DNA of 58,242 nucleotides, filler included, from Platydemus manokwari (lineage: Eukaryota): assembly GCA_037951405.1 (NCBI GenBank). It is 5 parts of 5 records of this genome, joined end to end, with 100 filler letters (N's around TTAATTAATTAA, not from the genome) between each part and the next. Parts side by side here need not be neighbours in the genome. Positions count along the whole stretch, not along the records: positions 9,480 to 19,097 come from JBBMOY011225099.1; positions 19,198 to 28,133 come from JBBMOY011326650.1; 3 more parts are not named here. The stretch is one strand, 5' to 3'. Shown here piece after piece: positions 12,691 through 25,781 of the stretch. The notes under the pieces are model-generated. The model ran no database searches, was not told the origin of the DNA, and saw only the letters and a list, made by a program, of their open reading frames with translations. The number at the start of each line of letters is the position of its first letter. The stretch's first letter is position 1. Position numbers and translations under genes: made by a program.

Positions 12691-15600
12691 ATGAAAATAT
12701 TAACTATTTTATCTTTACTAATTTTCGAAAGTGATTATGGTATTAGTTTTATTTTCTATATAAATTTTATAATTTATTTTTGATCTATTATAAGCATCTT
12801 CGAGACATTTAACTTGTGCTTGGCAAACCGGATTGAATGATTCGAATTATTGTTACAAAAATATTAGCGCAACTGACTTTTATAACGCCAGACATCAATG
12901 CACTTTATTAAATGGTACTCTCATCGACCAAAAAAACACAAAGTATGAAAGTTAATAATTTAATTGAGATATTATACAGTTTAGAGTAAAGAAATATTTA
13001 ATATTGTTGTCCACATTCGAATCTCTAATTTATTGTGAACACATGTTATTCCATTATTATTAGATTTTTATTTGAGGATTGTATTATTAAAATCTCTGAA
13101 ATTTTTATTGGTAGATAATCAGTATGACAATACATTGAGTTTGCGATTATGAGAATTAGATATTTCAAAAGCTGTGTTATTAATTTATGCAAATATGAGA
13201 TGTTTCGATTCTTAGGTGAAAGATTTTTGCAACCAAATCTCTATAAAAATATCAAATATTTATAAATTATGGTTATAATATTATAAATACCGATAAAAAC
13301 TGTTTACTGATATTATAAATTCTACTAAGTTTGTATTATTTAATTTAATTTAATTATTATTTCTTTAATTTCACAAATTATATAATTATTTAATAAGGTT
13401 TCCAATAATAAATTCTAGATTTAAATCTCTTAAAAAATCTTGAATTTCTCATAATGCAAATGCAAAATAGTGATAAGGAAATTGTAGTTGGTCTTATATT
13501 CTACCTTTATGCGATATCATTTATACACCATGTTTTACTTAAAATTACATTTATAAATCTCTCAACCAGATTTGACCATGGTTTATTTTTAGGATCTTTA
13601 AAAATATTTATTTAATAGTTATATTGATGAATAAAATTAAAATGTGGCACAGGTGATGTAATATGAGATGTGCATCAATAAGAATTTCAAAAATGTGATT
13701 GAAACCAGAAACATTCTCCAAAAAGATTATTTTAATTCGGCTGTAAAGACTTTCATAATACGAAAATAGTATTGGAATAACTAACAACGCAAATTTTAAA
13801 TATTATTTATAAAGCATACCAATTTTCTACAATTCATTTATAAATACACAAAATTTATCTATAATCAATGGTAAAATTTGTTAGCTTTCACATTTTAGAT
13901 CGTTACGGTTTGACACGTGGATAAATTATTTTGCAAATTATTCGATTATGGAAATAGTAGATCAAAACCATGTCACAGCCACTAGTTTCAATAATCTCTA
14001 TTTAAAAACCTACCCCAATTCTTCAGAATATGGTTGCATGTCATTAGAATTTGGGAAAAAAACGTTTAGCAGACATTCATTTGTGAGTTGTACTAAATCT
14101 TCATATGGTTACTTTTGTGTTAAACCGATAGTCACTGGTGAGAATATTTTGTTTTACTTGATTCATTGATTTACATTAAATTAGGGGAATCAATGTGTCG
14201 AGATACGAATTGGTTTGTTTATAAAAAAGGATCTTGTCATTTATATGTAAGTAATTCGTCAAGTTTCTCAAGTGCATATGAGTCGTGTAAAAAAGTTTAC
14301 AATGAATCCGAGTTAGATATACATGAGATGGATATTCCAAATAATTTTTTCGGTGAAATGTAAGCAATTTATCAATAATTTATCAATATTAACAAATCCA
14401 TCATTACATTTTTGTTTTTTATTCACTACTCTATAATATTCCATTCTAATGGATTTAACTGATGGGATATAATATCCCTGAAATCCGATTGGTCGGTTAT
14501 GTATGGTTTTCAATAACAGTTAATTTCTAACAATATTCCCACGGTTATTTGATATTATCTGTATTTAAACTTTTTGTATGTATGAGTTCCAAAAGATCTA
14601 AATGATAACAATTGACCATTGTTATGCATCTATTATGTTTATTATTAAAAATATATTTATATTATTAACATTGACATAAACCCCATATGGAATTTCATAT
14701 GATGGAAATATTTTTAATTTTTAATACCGCTTAGACATTATATTAAAATTATCAACTAGAATTGAAGCGATTATGATTAATTTAAACTACTACTACTTTG
14801 CAATACATGTTTGTAATTAATCTTCAAAAACATCATTTTATTAACTTATGATGAGCTTCCTGTGAACAATTTTAGAAAATTGAAATTCAAAAGGGATAAA
14901 TGATATATTAAGGAACTATATTCGAAGCTTTAATTTAAAACAAAACAATATGAAATATAAGAAGGACAAATTCGTTATATTTGCTTGGTTTTGGGGTCTT
15001 TGACAATTTAATTAAACAATAATTACAACAAATCTCATTTTTATCTAACTATATTAAATTGGGGTCAATGGACCACTTTATTGAATTTAACCATAATTGT
15101 TTAAATATATAAATAATAATAATGTTGTTTCGATATATTAAAATAAAACTCATTGGTGTATATTTTGTTTAGAATGACAACTTATTGGGTTGATTTTAAA
15201 ATCGTTCGAAAAGGCAATATTCTTCAATCAGATAAGAAAACTTATATCAATATATATTTTAATGAAACATCAACTCCAGTACGCTTTCTGCGAATTTCAA
15301 AGATGTTTTCTAACCAGCCTCATCATATAATTAAAATCAAGTCGTTCAATAATAATTATAATCCTTCATACAAGACATCATTTCTAAAATATGTCAAAAT
15401 TGAGAAGAATTTCAATTATTTACAAAATTTTTCCTGTTTCGTTCGACTTAAAGGTATGCTTATTATTAACAATATTTTTCATTGTATACCTAATTACTAA
15501 AACAATTGCCTAATATTAAATAAAAATTGTTTCCTCTACTGCAGAGGTGGCCAACTTTTGTGCACGTAAGATCGACTTTTCATTTGAATAACATCTCACG

Positions 15601-18600
15601 CGACCGACTAAAATTGGCTTCAAGATCGATCAGTCAATCGCGATCGACCGGTTGGCCACCCCTGCTCTACTAAATGTTAATCGACAATAACATACTTCTA
15701 AAATTAATATTGATTTTTTGGACATAACTCGAAAGTGAAATCATTCACAAATGTTTTTAAAAAAAATTTAGATTAAAATCGAGTTTTTATTTTTTTAATT
15801 TTGAATAAACAAAGAATTATATAACAAATACTCCGAAAAAACAAACGAAATATTTATATAATCTAAACAAATAAGGATAACAGCCTAAAATCATCTTTCT
15901 TTCATAAAATTATTCTTGATAATTGTGTACTAACAAGCATTGTATTCGAGTCTAAGTGTTACATGATAGTGAACGTAGCTGAATGATGCCGATTTTCAAA
16001 ATATCACTGAATCGACAACAGTAAAAAAGACTTGAACATATTTAAAACAATATTGTATCACTAAAAGCGAAATCCAAGTGATTTAAAAAGTAAAAACATT
16101 TATTGCAAACTTTAATAATAAATTTCTTTTATTGGTCTCTTATCTCAAAGTCTTATTGTTTTTCATGAGTCCATTTGTTCTTCATCTATTAAATAATTTT
16201 GCTCTTTTTTTAATGTGCATCACTAAGAGTAATTCGTGAATAAAAATATTTTATTTCGCTGCCAGAGTTGAATACAATATATTATACTTTATGTTCATCC
16301 GGTCAATTTGACTCAATGACAACAATATCGACAGCAAATGAATTAAGAATGATAACAAATGTAATGGAGTGAGATCATTTATTGATAATTATAATTAATC
16401 GATACAATGTAGAAACCAACATTTGAACGGTGTTCATGTTTTAATAAATCTGAAATCAAATTCTGAACAATTTGATTTACTCAATCAGAATGATATTTAT
16501 TTTATTTATACAACCGGCATCAGTTTTAATGAATCATATTTTGCAAGAATAAATGTGGACAATTGCATAAAATCCTGTAAACCATGGTCTGTAATTTCTG
16601 TCAAAGGACAGCTTATAACTAGCGGATTTATTTGCAAATTGGTTTTAGGACCAGGTGAGAGAAATATTTTAGATGCATTAAAATTACTTCCTTTCTGATA
16701 TGAATACTAATATTTTCAATGAAATCAAGTTTTATCACATCATTATTTCTTGTTATTATTAATATCATTTAGTTATTATATTCATAAAACTAATAATTAT
16801 AATAATTTATATAGTAATATTATTAATGTGTAACATCAAATACACATTTGAAATATTTTTCAACTATTAATTAAAATTATATTTAATTATAATTTCAGTT
16901 TATGTTGATTGTCCCGTGAATTGGATTACCATTCGCCAAAACAATCTAGTTTGCTATTATATATCTAATTATTCAGTCCCATTCAATGAAGCTAATGAAT
17001 ATTGTAAAGGTCAACGAGCACATTTATTTTCATTCGAATCTGAGTCAGAATATTTGATGGTGTTGAATTTGTAAGTTTTTGAAATGGTTTACATTGTATT
17101 GAAATCAGTCATAAAATATTACATCATTTCAGTTCTTATATAAAAAAAACTAAAATTTATTTCACATAAACATAACAATCACGGGGATGCGTTGGCACAA
17201 GTCCTCACATCATTTTTATAATATATACATTTCCGAAGTCTTTGGATATTTCATTGAGAAGGTTTCCTAGTCAGGTTCCTTATGGTTCTTGTCGATTCTC
17301 TTTCAAATTATTGCTACGTCCAGTGAGTAGTTTGAAGGCCTTGTTCCATGATGGGTGCTTGAGGTTTCTCATATCCGTGTGAGCCTTGTGGGTGGTGAAG
17401 GCGTCCTTAAGCAATGAGCTTATCAAGAATCCAGCGATAATTGTCATTTGGGCTTTGTCGAGGCCGATGTTTGAGAGAACCCCACTGTTCTTTGGGTCCC
17501 AAGATCCAAGCACTCCGAGTAAAAGTACGTTTCAAAGCGAGTTTTAATCCTGATATCGGAGGCGATTGACCTGTATTTCTCGAAGTTTAGTAATCTATGC
17601 TTCTCAAAATTGTCGGCGATGTCGAATGGAATTTTCAGATCCACGATATAGGCATGACGTTTAGCCTTGTTCCTAATAATTAGGTCAGGTCTGAGTTTTG
17701 TGTTGACTTCCGGTGGACTTGTGTCTATGTCCGTGTCATAGCCTAACTATCTGAGATAACGTCCAAGATGGTTGAGAATTACAGCATGTCTTTTCATTGC
17801 AAGTCTTGGTACTGCATGGCAATGTATAAAGATGTGTGCATCGGTTTCTCTCTCAGTGTGGCATCTTCGGCAGAGTGGATTTTCACATTTTGATAAAATA
17901 TGGAATGTAGTTGACCAGCAGGAGGTTGTTTCTTGCTTGGTGAGCATACTTCATTAGCTTCTGAGACAGATGCGAGGCTGAGAGGCAGTGGGCCATTCAA
18001 GAATTACCCTTAATTTATTCATAATATATGTGATTTCATTATAATATCAATGTCGTGTCGAGTTGATATAGTAATGACTGCATAGAGTTGTTGATAGAAT
18101 CATTGACAATCTCTACAACTATTTCATTGATACACCCATTTTATAATTTCTTATGAACCTCGTCTCGGAAAGTATCGTAAACCCAACACTTAATGGATTC
18201 CTTATAATTTAATTATTATATATTAAACAAAAGTAAACTTACAAAGAAAAAACCTGTTTCATTTCTTTTCAGTGCAAATACGTCAATGGAATATTGGACT
18301 TCGTTAACTACTTCCAATACACAATCTCCACGAAATAACAGTCTGACATTTTCAACCAGCAAGACAAAACCATATTTGACTCTAATGGATATATTATTTT
18401 ACATTGAAGATATTGAACAAGGTGAATTGGATTGTTTGATGATTACAAACACCGAATCAACTTCTTCGGATCAATTTACAGTTAATAGACGTTGCTCAAA
18501 TCCATATATGGCCTTTTGTCAACAGCCACTTGAAGGTAAAATATTATGAAATATAAATAATATATTATTATTTTATTAATTATTTTAATAATTTCTTGCA

Positions 18601-18831
18601 CTTATTGAATGATAAGAAGTACTTAATAATTCTTTTATTATATTAATGAGGAGATACTTTGTCGACATCAAATATTAATATTAAATCTTTGAAATTTAAA
18701 AAATTTCATTATAACAAATCAATAATCAACAAAGCACTTTTATTTCAAAATTCAAAAGCGATAGTTGGCATTTGATGTTCTGCAATTATTATTTCAATCC
18801 AGATTTCACACCCCAAGATCGATTAAATTAA
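12691..18831 (+). CDS. Secreted protein with four C-type lectin-like domains, about 566 aa; exons 12691-12739, 12795-12942, 13899-14137, 14185-14359, 15173-15453, 16266-16368, 16413-16654, 16899-17070, 18273-18535, 18803-18831
   Basis: Signal-like MKILTILSLLIFESDYA. CTLD signatures CYKNISATDFYNARHQCTLLNGTL, CRDTNWFVYKKGSCHLY...AYESC, CPVNWITIRQNNLVCYYISNYSVPFNEANEYCKGQRAHLFSFESESE, YWTSL...DCL...RCSNPYMAFCQ. All introns GT-AG with consistent phases (total 1701 nt). The last exon is uncertain. Confidence 0.82.
15542..15664. mobile_element. 123-bp hAT-type MITE in an intron of the C-type lectin gene
   Basis: TIRs CAGAGGTGGCCAAC / GTTGGCCACCCCTG (13 of 14 match), flanked by 8-bp direct repeat ctctactg (15534-15541) / ctctacta (15665-15672). 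CAG ends and 8-bp TSD are hAT hallmarks. Confidence 0.9.
17150..18005 (-). mobile_element. 5'-truncated non-LTR retrotransposon with restriction-like endonuclease (R2/NeSL-type), decayed
   Basis: Minus-strand translation CRRCHTERETDAHIFIHC (CCHC knuckle), KRH, LRPDLII, IVDLKIPF, KY, then after a frameshift LGSW. One in-frame stop (17747-17749) and one frameshift near 17515; aataaa near the 3' end (about 17157-17162). Confidence 0.88.
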
Positions 18832-21382
18832 TTTTCCACCTTCTTTTAATCTACTTTTAGATTGATGGAAATATTTTATTCTTCAAATCCAGAGATAAAA
18901 AATTATAATATAATTATAGTATTTCGTAATTGAATTTCATTCTTCTTTTCTATTTATTCTTTTGTATTTTGCTATTGTCGCTTAATTAAAAATAAAATTC
19001 TTTACTTGGGTGGCCTTCGTGACATTTTATATTTGAATGGCCATGCTAAATTTATTTATGCTATTGCTAGATTACGAATAGGCTTAGAATTAAACAGNNN
19101 NNNNNNNNNNNNNNNNNNNNNNNNNNNNNNNNNNNNNNNNNTTAATTAATTAANNNNNNNNNNNNNNNNNNNNNNNNNNNNNNNNNNNNNNNNNNNNGAA
19201 ATCATTAATAAGTCATTTAAATGTTCATCAGACAACCGTGACCTGTAGCAAGATTTTTGTCATAATGTTCGTGTCTTTCATAGTAAGCTTGGCGGGCCGT
19301 ACTTTGGAGAGCCCTGATTTAGACCTATATTTGTTATCAAATATTTTCTGGATTTCCAATGGACCATCATTCATTCTTAGTTAAATCGATCACGGGATAT
19401 TCATGCGAGATCTGTCTGTTTTTGCAATCATTTGTAAACTCAAATTTTATCTAATATCTATCTATCTACTCCTTCTTCCACTTGTTCCAAGACCATGTTT
19501 TGCATTTAAAATATCAATTGATTGCTGATCAAAGTGAGGTATTTTAATTTTATCCTGATAATGTTACCATACTAATCAACGCTATCACCGCTTCACGGAT
19601 CGCTGAATTAATGAAATTTAATTAAATATCTTCCCACTTTTATCAGTCTATTTGAGGATCTCTCCGTAAACCTTATAATTTTGATCAAATTCCATTTTAA
19701 CGACGTGATTTTATGGTTTTAGTAAAGAAATCAAACCACTTGTTCCGCCTTTAGTATCAAATCCCGGCTGCCGAAATTACCATTTCATTGTATTGTACCG
19801 ACTTTTATTGTTTGATTACTGGAAGTGTGAACATTCTCAGCTAATGAATAACCAAAAAATTTTGTTATAATAATTTACATATAAATATATATCATCAGAA
19901 ATAATTCAGGTAACATCGAGTTTCATAGTAAAATGATGTCAAATTCGAATTTGAAAACATTCTGTCGAATAAAATATGGAACGAATGATTTAGTTATTAG
20001 AGATAGAGATACAGATAGTATACAGCTATCGGATAAAGAGTGGAGTCATTTGTACCGAATTGTGACAAGAATATGGAATATAAAACATTAAAATGTAAAG
20101 TTGATACATGCATATACTAATATTTATTCATAAACATTGGTAATTGAGATATCTATACATTAAAATATGGGACGTGCATGGTTTTTTCCTTCGACCGTGC
20201 CATGAATTACAGTTTACTTGTTAAATTATACCATTAATTCATCATTTTAATCAGATTTGTCTCCGCCTTCCAGTTTCTGTTGTCTGGAATATCCCTTCCT
20301 CTATTTTCAAAGCGGGCTTTGATGATGTCCTCTTTCTCTTGTGAAACCTCCATTACAGTTAGCTCACACATATATTCGTCTTTATGCAAGTAACAGCTAT
20401 TTTGTTTTTCATTTACCTACGCATCACTAGTTTCTTTAGGACTGCAATTTGCCAAGTTTCGAGAACCCCTATCATAAAAGTGAACAGTCCCAACGGTTTG
20501 CTTGATCATATTTCGGAGGTATGAGTATTTTTCAATGTTCTTTTGAGTTCTTTCAATCATTAAAGCAGGTTCGCTTATCTTAAATCGATTAGGACAATCA
20601 TGGATTTGTGGTCATTTGAAGATTCATCCTTAGTTTGGAATTCGTGACTTGGCATTCTTTCTTTACAAAGACTTTGTAATCCATATTATTAACAATTTCC
20701 TAGGCCAATATTTTTATGATTCTGTCGTACAAAAGAGTGGAGTGGTTTGCAGTAGGTTAAAACGTATGTTTGCTATTCCATTATGTCTTTCGATCTTTGT
20801 ATTGAGTTGAATGAACTTGAATGCGGACAGACGGTTGTCTAAAATTCAACCGGAAACGTATAAACCGGAAAACAAAATTTTCATTTGAATTATTACAAAT
20901 ACGGGCAAATAAAGTATTTTAAAATCATCAGATATAAATTATATATGAACATAAGATAACACATTAGATAAAAAATATAAATCAAGAAATTCTATTTTAA
21001 AAATTCCATAAGTCAGATGGTAATTTTAAAAAATATAATCATTTTAATAATTCTGATAAAAATAAAATAACTTAAGTCAGAATAAAGCTGATTGAAATAA
21101 TTTAACTAATCTATCTTTGAAAAACCAAAATTACAATATTCTTGAAGTATTCCTGGTCGAACGCTAACCTGAAGTAATTGATTTCTATCTCAAAGCATTC
21201 GATAGGATTGCTGATTCCTTGTTCAACGAGTCTAATGAAACTTGAATATTATTTTTTTCTGCTTGTTCGTTCTGTTGAGAATCAAGAACTGTACAAGTCA
21301 TGTGTGTTTGGTAAGTCATAAAAACAACAAACAAACTAAAAAAGCACTCAGATAGTTGATAAGACAGATTCGATAAGCGCAA

Positions 21383-21399
21383 TAACCAATCAGATTCTT

Positions 21400-21440
<41 letters not shown>

Positions 21441-21715
21441 GTCCATATTTAGAATTCAAAGATCGACTGGCAAAACAAACATCCGAATTCGCCAATGGCA
21501 TTGGAGATGCAAGAGAATTTCCTAACAGCACGACATATGAACGACTCCATTGAATGAAAAGTAGAGCTCGGAGACATCAAGTGAACACACACGATGAGCT
21601 TATCAAAGAAGTTGGATTTCACGAGTATCTAGAAGTGTTTTTGCTCGGTAACTTTTATTCAGTGTGACTTTTCCCTGATTTCTCTGACAACCAGTCTTTT
21701 TGGTTATCTTTAGTT
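21383..21715. repeat. Diverged direct repeat copy 1, interrupted by (TA)n at 21402-21435
   Basis: Collinear with 22142-22435: aaccaatcagattc, tccatatttagaa, gactggca, gccaatggca, gacatcaa, aaagaagtt. Confidence 0.75.
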
Positions 21716-22141
21716 TTGCTTCTTAACTTTAAGTTGCTGACTCCTTCTTGCGTGATTATCTAGCTTGATTTAACTGAAGTAGAAGTGATCATTTCGAATT
21801 GTAAACCATTTGTGAATTCTTGCTAAACACACCCTGATGACATATTTATCTTAAATCTATCGAAAAAAATATCTTGGGCCTTATAAATAACCCAAAAATT
21901 GACGCACAGGAAAATTTTTTGTTTTGTTTTGGAAATCCACAAACCACGCATTTAATAATGTTTTCATTTCTAATAATAACCAAAAAGAAATTTCAATAAC
22001 AATAAAATGTGCGTAAATTCCTATTTTAAATAAAAATGTGAAAATTCTTTTAAATACGCTATTCTCATTCGATGTACTGGAACCATGGAAATAACCCTTA
22101 AAGGTTTGACAAACGAAGATTGGATATACTTACATGCCCTC

Positions 22142-22435
22142 AACCAATCAGATTCCTTCTAATATTAATCCATATTTAGAAGTTAATAATTGACTGGCAC
22201 ATACCAACAAGTGACAACGAACCCAAATATTTGCCAATGGCAAAAGAGATGTACGAAAAATTGCTTGCAAACAAATTACGCAATTAAAAACGAAGTTCCG
22301 CGACATCAAATGTGCACCCACAATAGGCCTATAAAAGAAGTTAGAATTCATCAGCATCTGCTAGTCTTTTTTGGTTTTTACCTGTTCTTTAATTTTACTT
22401 AATTTTTTGACATCCCGTATTTTTGGATGTCTTCT
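22142..22435. repeat. Diverged direct repeat copy 2
   Basis: Same ordered motifs as 21383-21715. Confidence 0.75.
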
Positions 22436-24704
22436 ATCCGGTATTTGACTTTCCGGTGATGATCACTTATTGCATAATATTTCGTTATTGCATTGTATCA
22501 CGATTTTAACTGTATCTGTTCATAAATAGAGCTTGTGATATTGTAGTTTAAATTACATTTTTCAGGTTTTATCGTCAGTTAATACCGAACAATATGATTT
22601 AAAATATACAGATTTTCTTGTCCAATTTGGAATTTATAAATACTTTCCTCTAAGAAACCAATTTGTTTTTGTTCCCTAATTCTTGTTCATATATGATATA
22701 TTTTAGAAATATCAATCTCGGTTTTCATTATTTATCTATTCTACAAATTTGCCGTTTACACCATTGAAAACAATGTTTCAATGATAAACAAATTGCTTCA
22801 CTTCATGTTTAATCACAAAGTCACCACCATTCTGAATATTTATTTAAAAATACTGAGCCCATCTCTTTGCAATTTTTGGATTCTATCTAATTTAATGAAT
22901 ATTTCCGTAATAATTTTCAGAATTGTTAATGATCCTTAAACCTAGTTTAAACAGATTTTTTATTCTGTCATATTTTCCTTTTTAAAATTTCTCTAAATAA
23001 TTCTTCCCTAGTTGAAAGCACTAACAATTTTATACGACTCCAAATATTGTGAATCCATTGCATTGCATCAAAGGAAATCCTGACATCAAATTTTCGGAAA
23101 TTGAAATGAGATGGCTCCTTCGCTTGATTTTGGAGCATTTTCAACAACTATTACATTTAGTGACTTTTTATTACCAGGTTAATCAAAGAGGTGTTACATA
23201 TTTAAAATGTATCGTCCAGTTACATCATTCTGGTTAGAATTCAAAAGTCGCGTGTTATATTCATAAAATTGATTTATTTAAATCATATCGATCATTACAG
23301 AGGACGAATTAAAATGGTATCTTTGAAATCTTTGTCAAAGAGAATCAAATTGTTTCTCTGTGATAAAAATAATAATAATAATTAAAATATTATTTAAAAA
23401 AATAAAAATTTCGAAAAATTACAATAAATTTTTGTTTGATGGAGTCATTATCGATTTTTTTGGCTATAAGATCTAATTAATATTTAATTGCTTCAAATTC
23501 TAAACTTAAAATTCAACTGATATTTAAAAAATCCGGCTACGGGATTTTTAATAAATCTAAATTAATTTAATTTGATTATTTTGTAAGTACTCAAAAATCA
23601 ATCGAACAACAAGATCAATAACTGAAAATTTATAAAACATTGATTGATTATCTTCCATCATAATGTCTGATATTAATTTGATCAGCTTTTCGAATGGCCA
23701 TTTCCGAATTTTTGAAAGAAATTTTCAGATAAATCACTTCATGATAGATGATGAATTTATTTAAGCGCGCAAATAATAATAAAATAAAACACAAAATAAA
23801 AACCCAATTATCTTGATTAAAACTGAAAATTCTTCTTTTTCCACAATGAGTTCAATTAAGTGATTCTTTTCTCTGGATTTAGTGGGAAATTAATCGATTT
23901 TAAACGATCTTTTGAAATAGAATTGGCAAAAAATTTCTGTGAAAACTTGCTTTGAAAAATGATTTGAAGAAAAAATATTATCTTTTGGCGACAGCTGCAA
24001 ATGACATATTTTATTTGATTCTACATCTATAATTGTTTTCTCTAAATACCCACACAATCGTTGTTTTAATTCTAGTGGATTGTCGGAGAAAATTTTCTTC
24101 GACTCCCAGTGACAATTATTCAATTTCTCGATGCTTTTGGTAAACAAAACGTAAATAATACTGCTGGATATTAATTTAGATCAGCAAGAATGAGATGATT
24201 GTTTGTACTTTGTTGTTGTTTGTGAATATATATATATATATATGATCATATTTAATCCCAAAAAATACTTGTGATGTGTGTGACATGTTGGTGCTTGGAA
24301 ACAATTAAGCAAATCACAACAGATGCTTGCAACTAAATTGTTATCGAATCAATATTATTTTCAATGTAGAATGCTGAAGTAGCCGAAAACAAATGGAGTT
24401 TATCAGACTTTGCATATTTAGAGTGAATGATAAATTAAAGAATCCTTTAAACAATCGAAACATATCAACTAGTTATTTTGATATCCGAGAACATCCAAGA
24501 TTATTTTTAATTTTAAGTAGATTTAAAAAAACATTATCTTAAACTTAATTACTGCATAATATTGGGATTTATTTGGTATTGATTTGTAATTGATTTATAG
24601 AAACATCTATGAAAATATCCAGCGTTGTAAATTCGAATGTCGATTATCTGAAAGAGATTCTTCAATAGAGATTCTTTATATTATTATATTGTTATCATCA
24701 TTAT

Positions 24705-25781
24705 ATGTCGGAAAGTGATGGGGGTTTTGAACCCCCATTGATGATAACATCGAGTAATTATGATGAAATAGAAATTGAATTAGATTTGGATAAGATAATA
24801 GAGAATCTTGTTGTGGAAGGTAGGAAAGCGTCGAATCGTTTGAAATTAGATTCCAATGAATCTAAAGCATTAGCTTTGGTCGCTAGAGAAATTCTTTCGA
24901 AGGAAGAATTGCTATTGAAAATTGAAGCCCCATTGAAAATATGTGGAGATATTCATGGTCAATTTTTGGATTTGTTAAGATTGTTCGATATGTGTGGATA
25001 TCCACCGAAATCAAGATATTTGTTCCTTGGTGATTACGTTGACAGAGGCAAAAGAGGTTTAGAGGTCATCAATCTTTTATTTGCCTACAAAATAAAATAT
25101 CCCCAAAGTATTTTCTTACTTCGGGGAAATCATGAGAGTGAAGTCATAAGTAAGGTTTATGGATTTTATCAAGAAATCTGGGAACGGTTTGAATCTACAA
25201 AATTGTGGAAAACTCTTGTAAAAACATTTTGTTGGTTACCTGTAGCTGCAATTGTCGAAAACAGTATATTTTGTTGTCACGGAGGTATCTCCCCTACATT
25301 GATGAAACCTTCCATTAAGACTTTGAGTAAAGAATTCAAAAGCTATCGTCGTCCATTTGAAATACCCAGAGAAGGGCTTATGTGTGATATAACGTGGGCG
25401 GATCCAATGGATCAGACTAATCCATCAACAGTTCCTAAAGGTTGGAGACAAAATGACCGCGGTTGTTCATGGCAATTTGGATATGATATTGTAGAGAAAT
25501 TTCTGTCAAAGTTTAACTTGGATCTTATTGTTCGAGCTCACCAAGTTGTAGAGGATGGCTATGAATTTTATTGCAATCGACAGTTACTGACGGTATTCTC
25601 AGCTCCGTTTTACGGTGGTGAATTTGATAACGCCGGTGGAATTTTTTGTTTAGACAAAACATCTGGTAAAAAATCTGATGTATTGGAAGCTGGTTTCATC
25701 ATTTTAAAACCGGATTATTCACTTCCCAATCAATGGTTTGTGACACCCGATTCGAAGAAGAAAAAATCCCTATTTAAGTAA
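24705..25781 (+). CDS. Intronless serine/threonine protein phosphatase PP1-like catalytic subunit (divergent paralog), 358 aa
   Basis: PPP motifs GDIHG, GDYVDRG, RGNHE, HGG, WADP, NDRG, RAHQVVEDGYEF, TVFSAP, GEFDNAG in a single uninterrupted ORF. Confidence 0.96.
   Translation: MSESDGGFEPPLMITSSNYDEIEIELDLDKIIENLVVEGRKASNRLKLDSNESKALALVAREILSKEELLLKIEAPLKICGDIHGQFLDLLRLFDMCGYPPKSRYLFLGDYVDRGKRGLEVINLLFAYKIKYPQSIFLLRGNHESEVISKVYGFYQEIWERFESTKLWKTLVKTFCWLPVAAIVENSIFCCHGGISPTLMKPSIKTLSKEFKSYRRPFEIPREGLMCDITWADPMDQTNPSTVPKGWRQNDRGCSWQFGYDIVEKFLSKFNLDLIVRAHQVVEDGYEFYCNRQLLTVFSAPFYGGEFDNAGGIFCLDKTSGKKSDVLEAGFIILKPDYSLPNQWFVTPDSKKKKSLFK

Noticed and set aside
21834-21885. CTGATGA...CGAAA hammerhead-like core near the repeat pair
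   Set aside because: Stem II has mismatches and stems I and III cannot be formed convincingly; at best a decayed relic.
23890-24170. 85-aa minus-strand ORF upstream of PP1
   Set aside because: No ATG start, no domain motif and no consistent partner exons.
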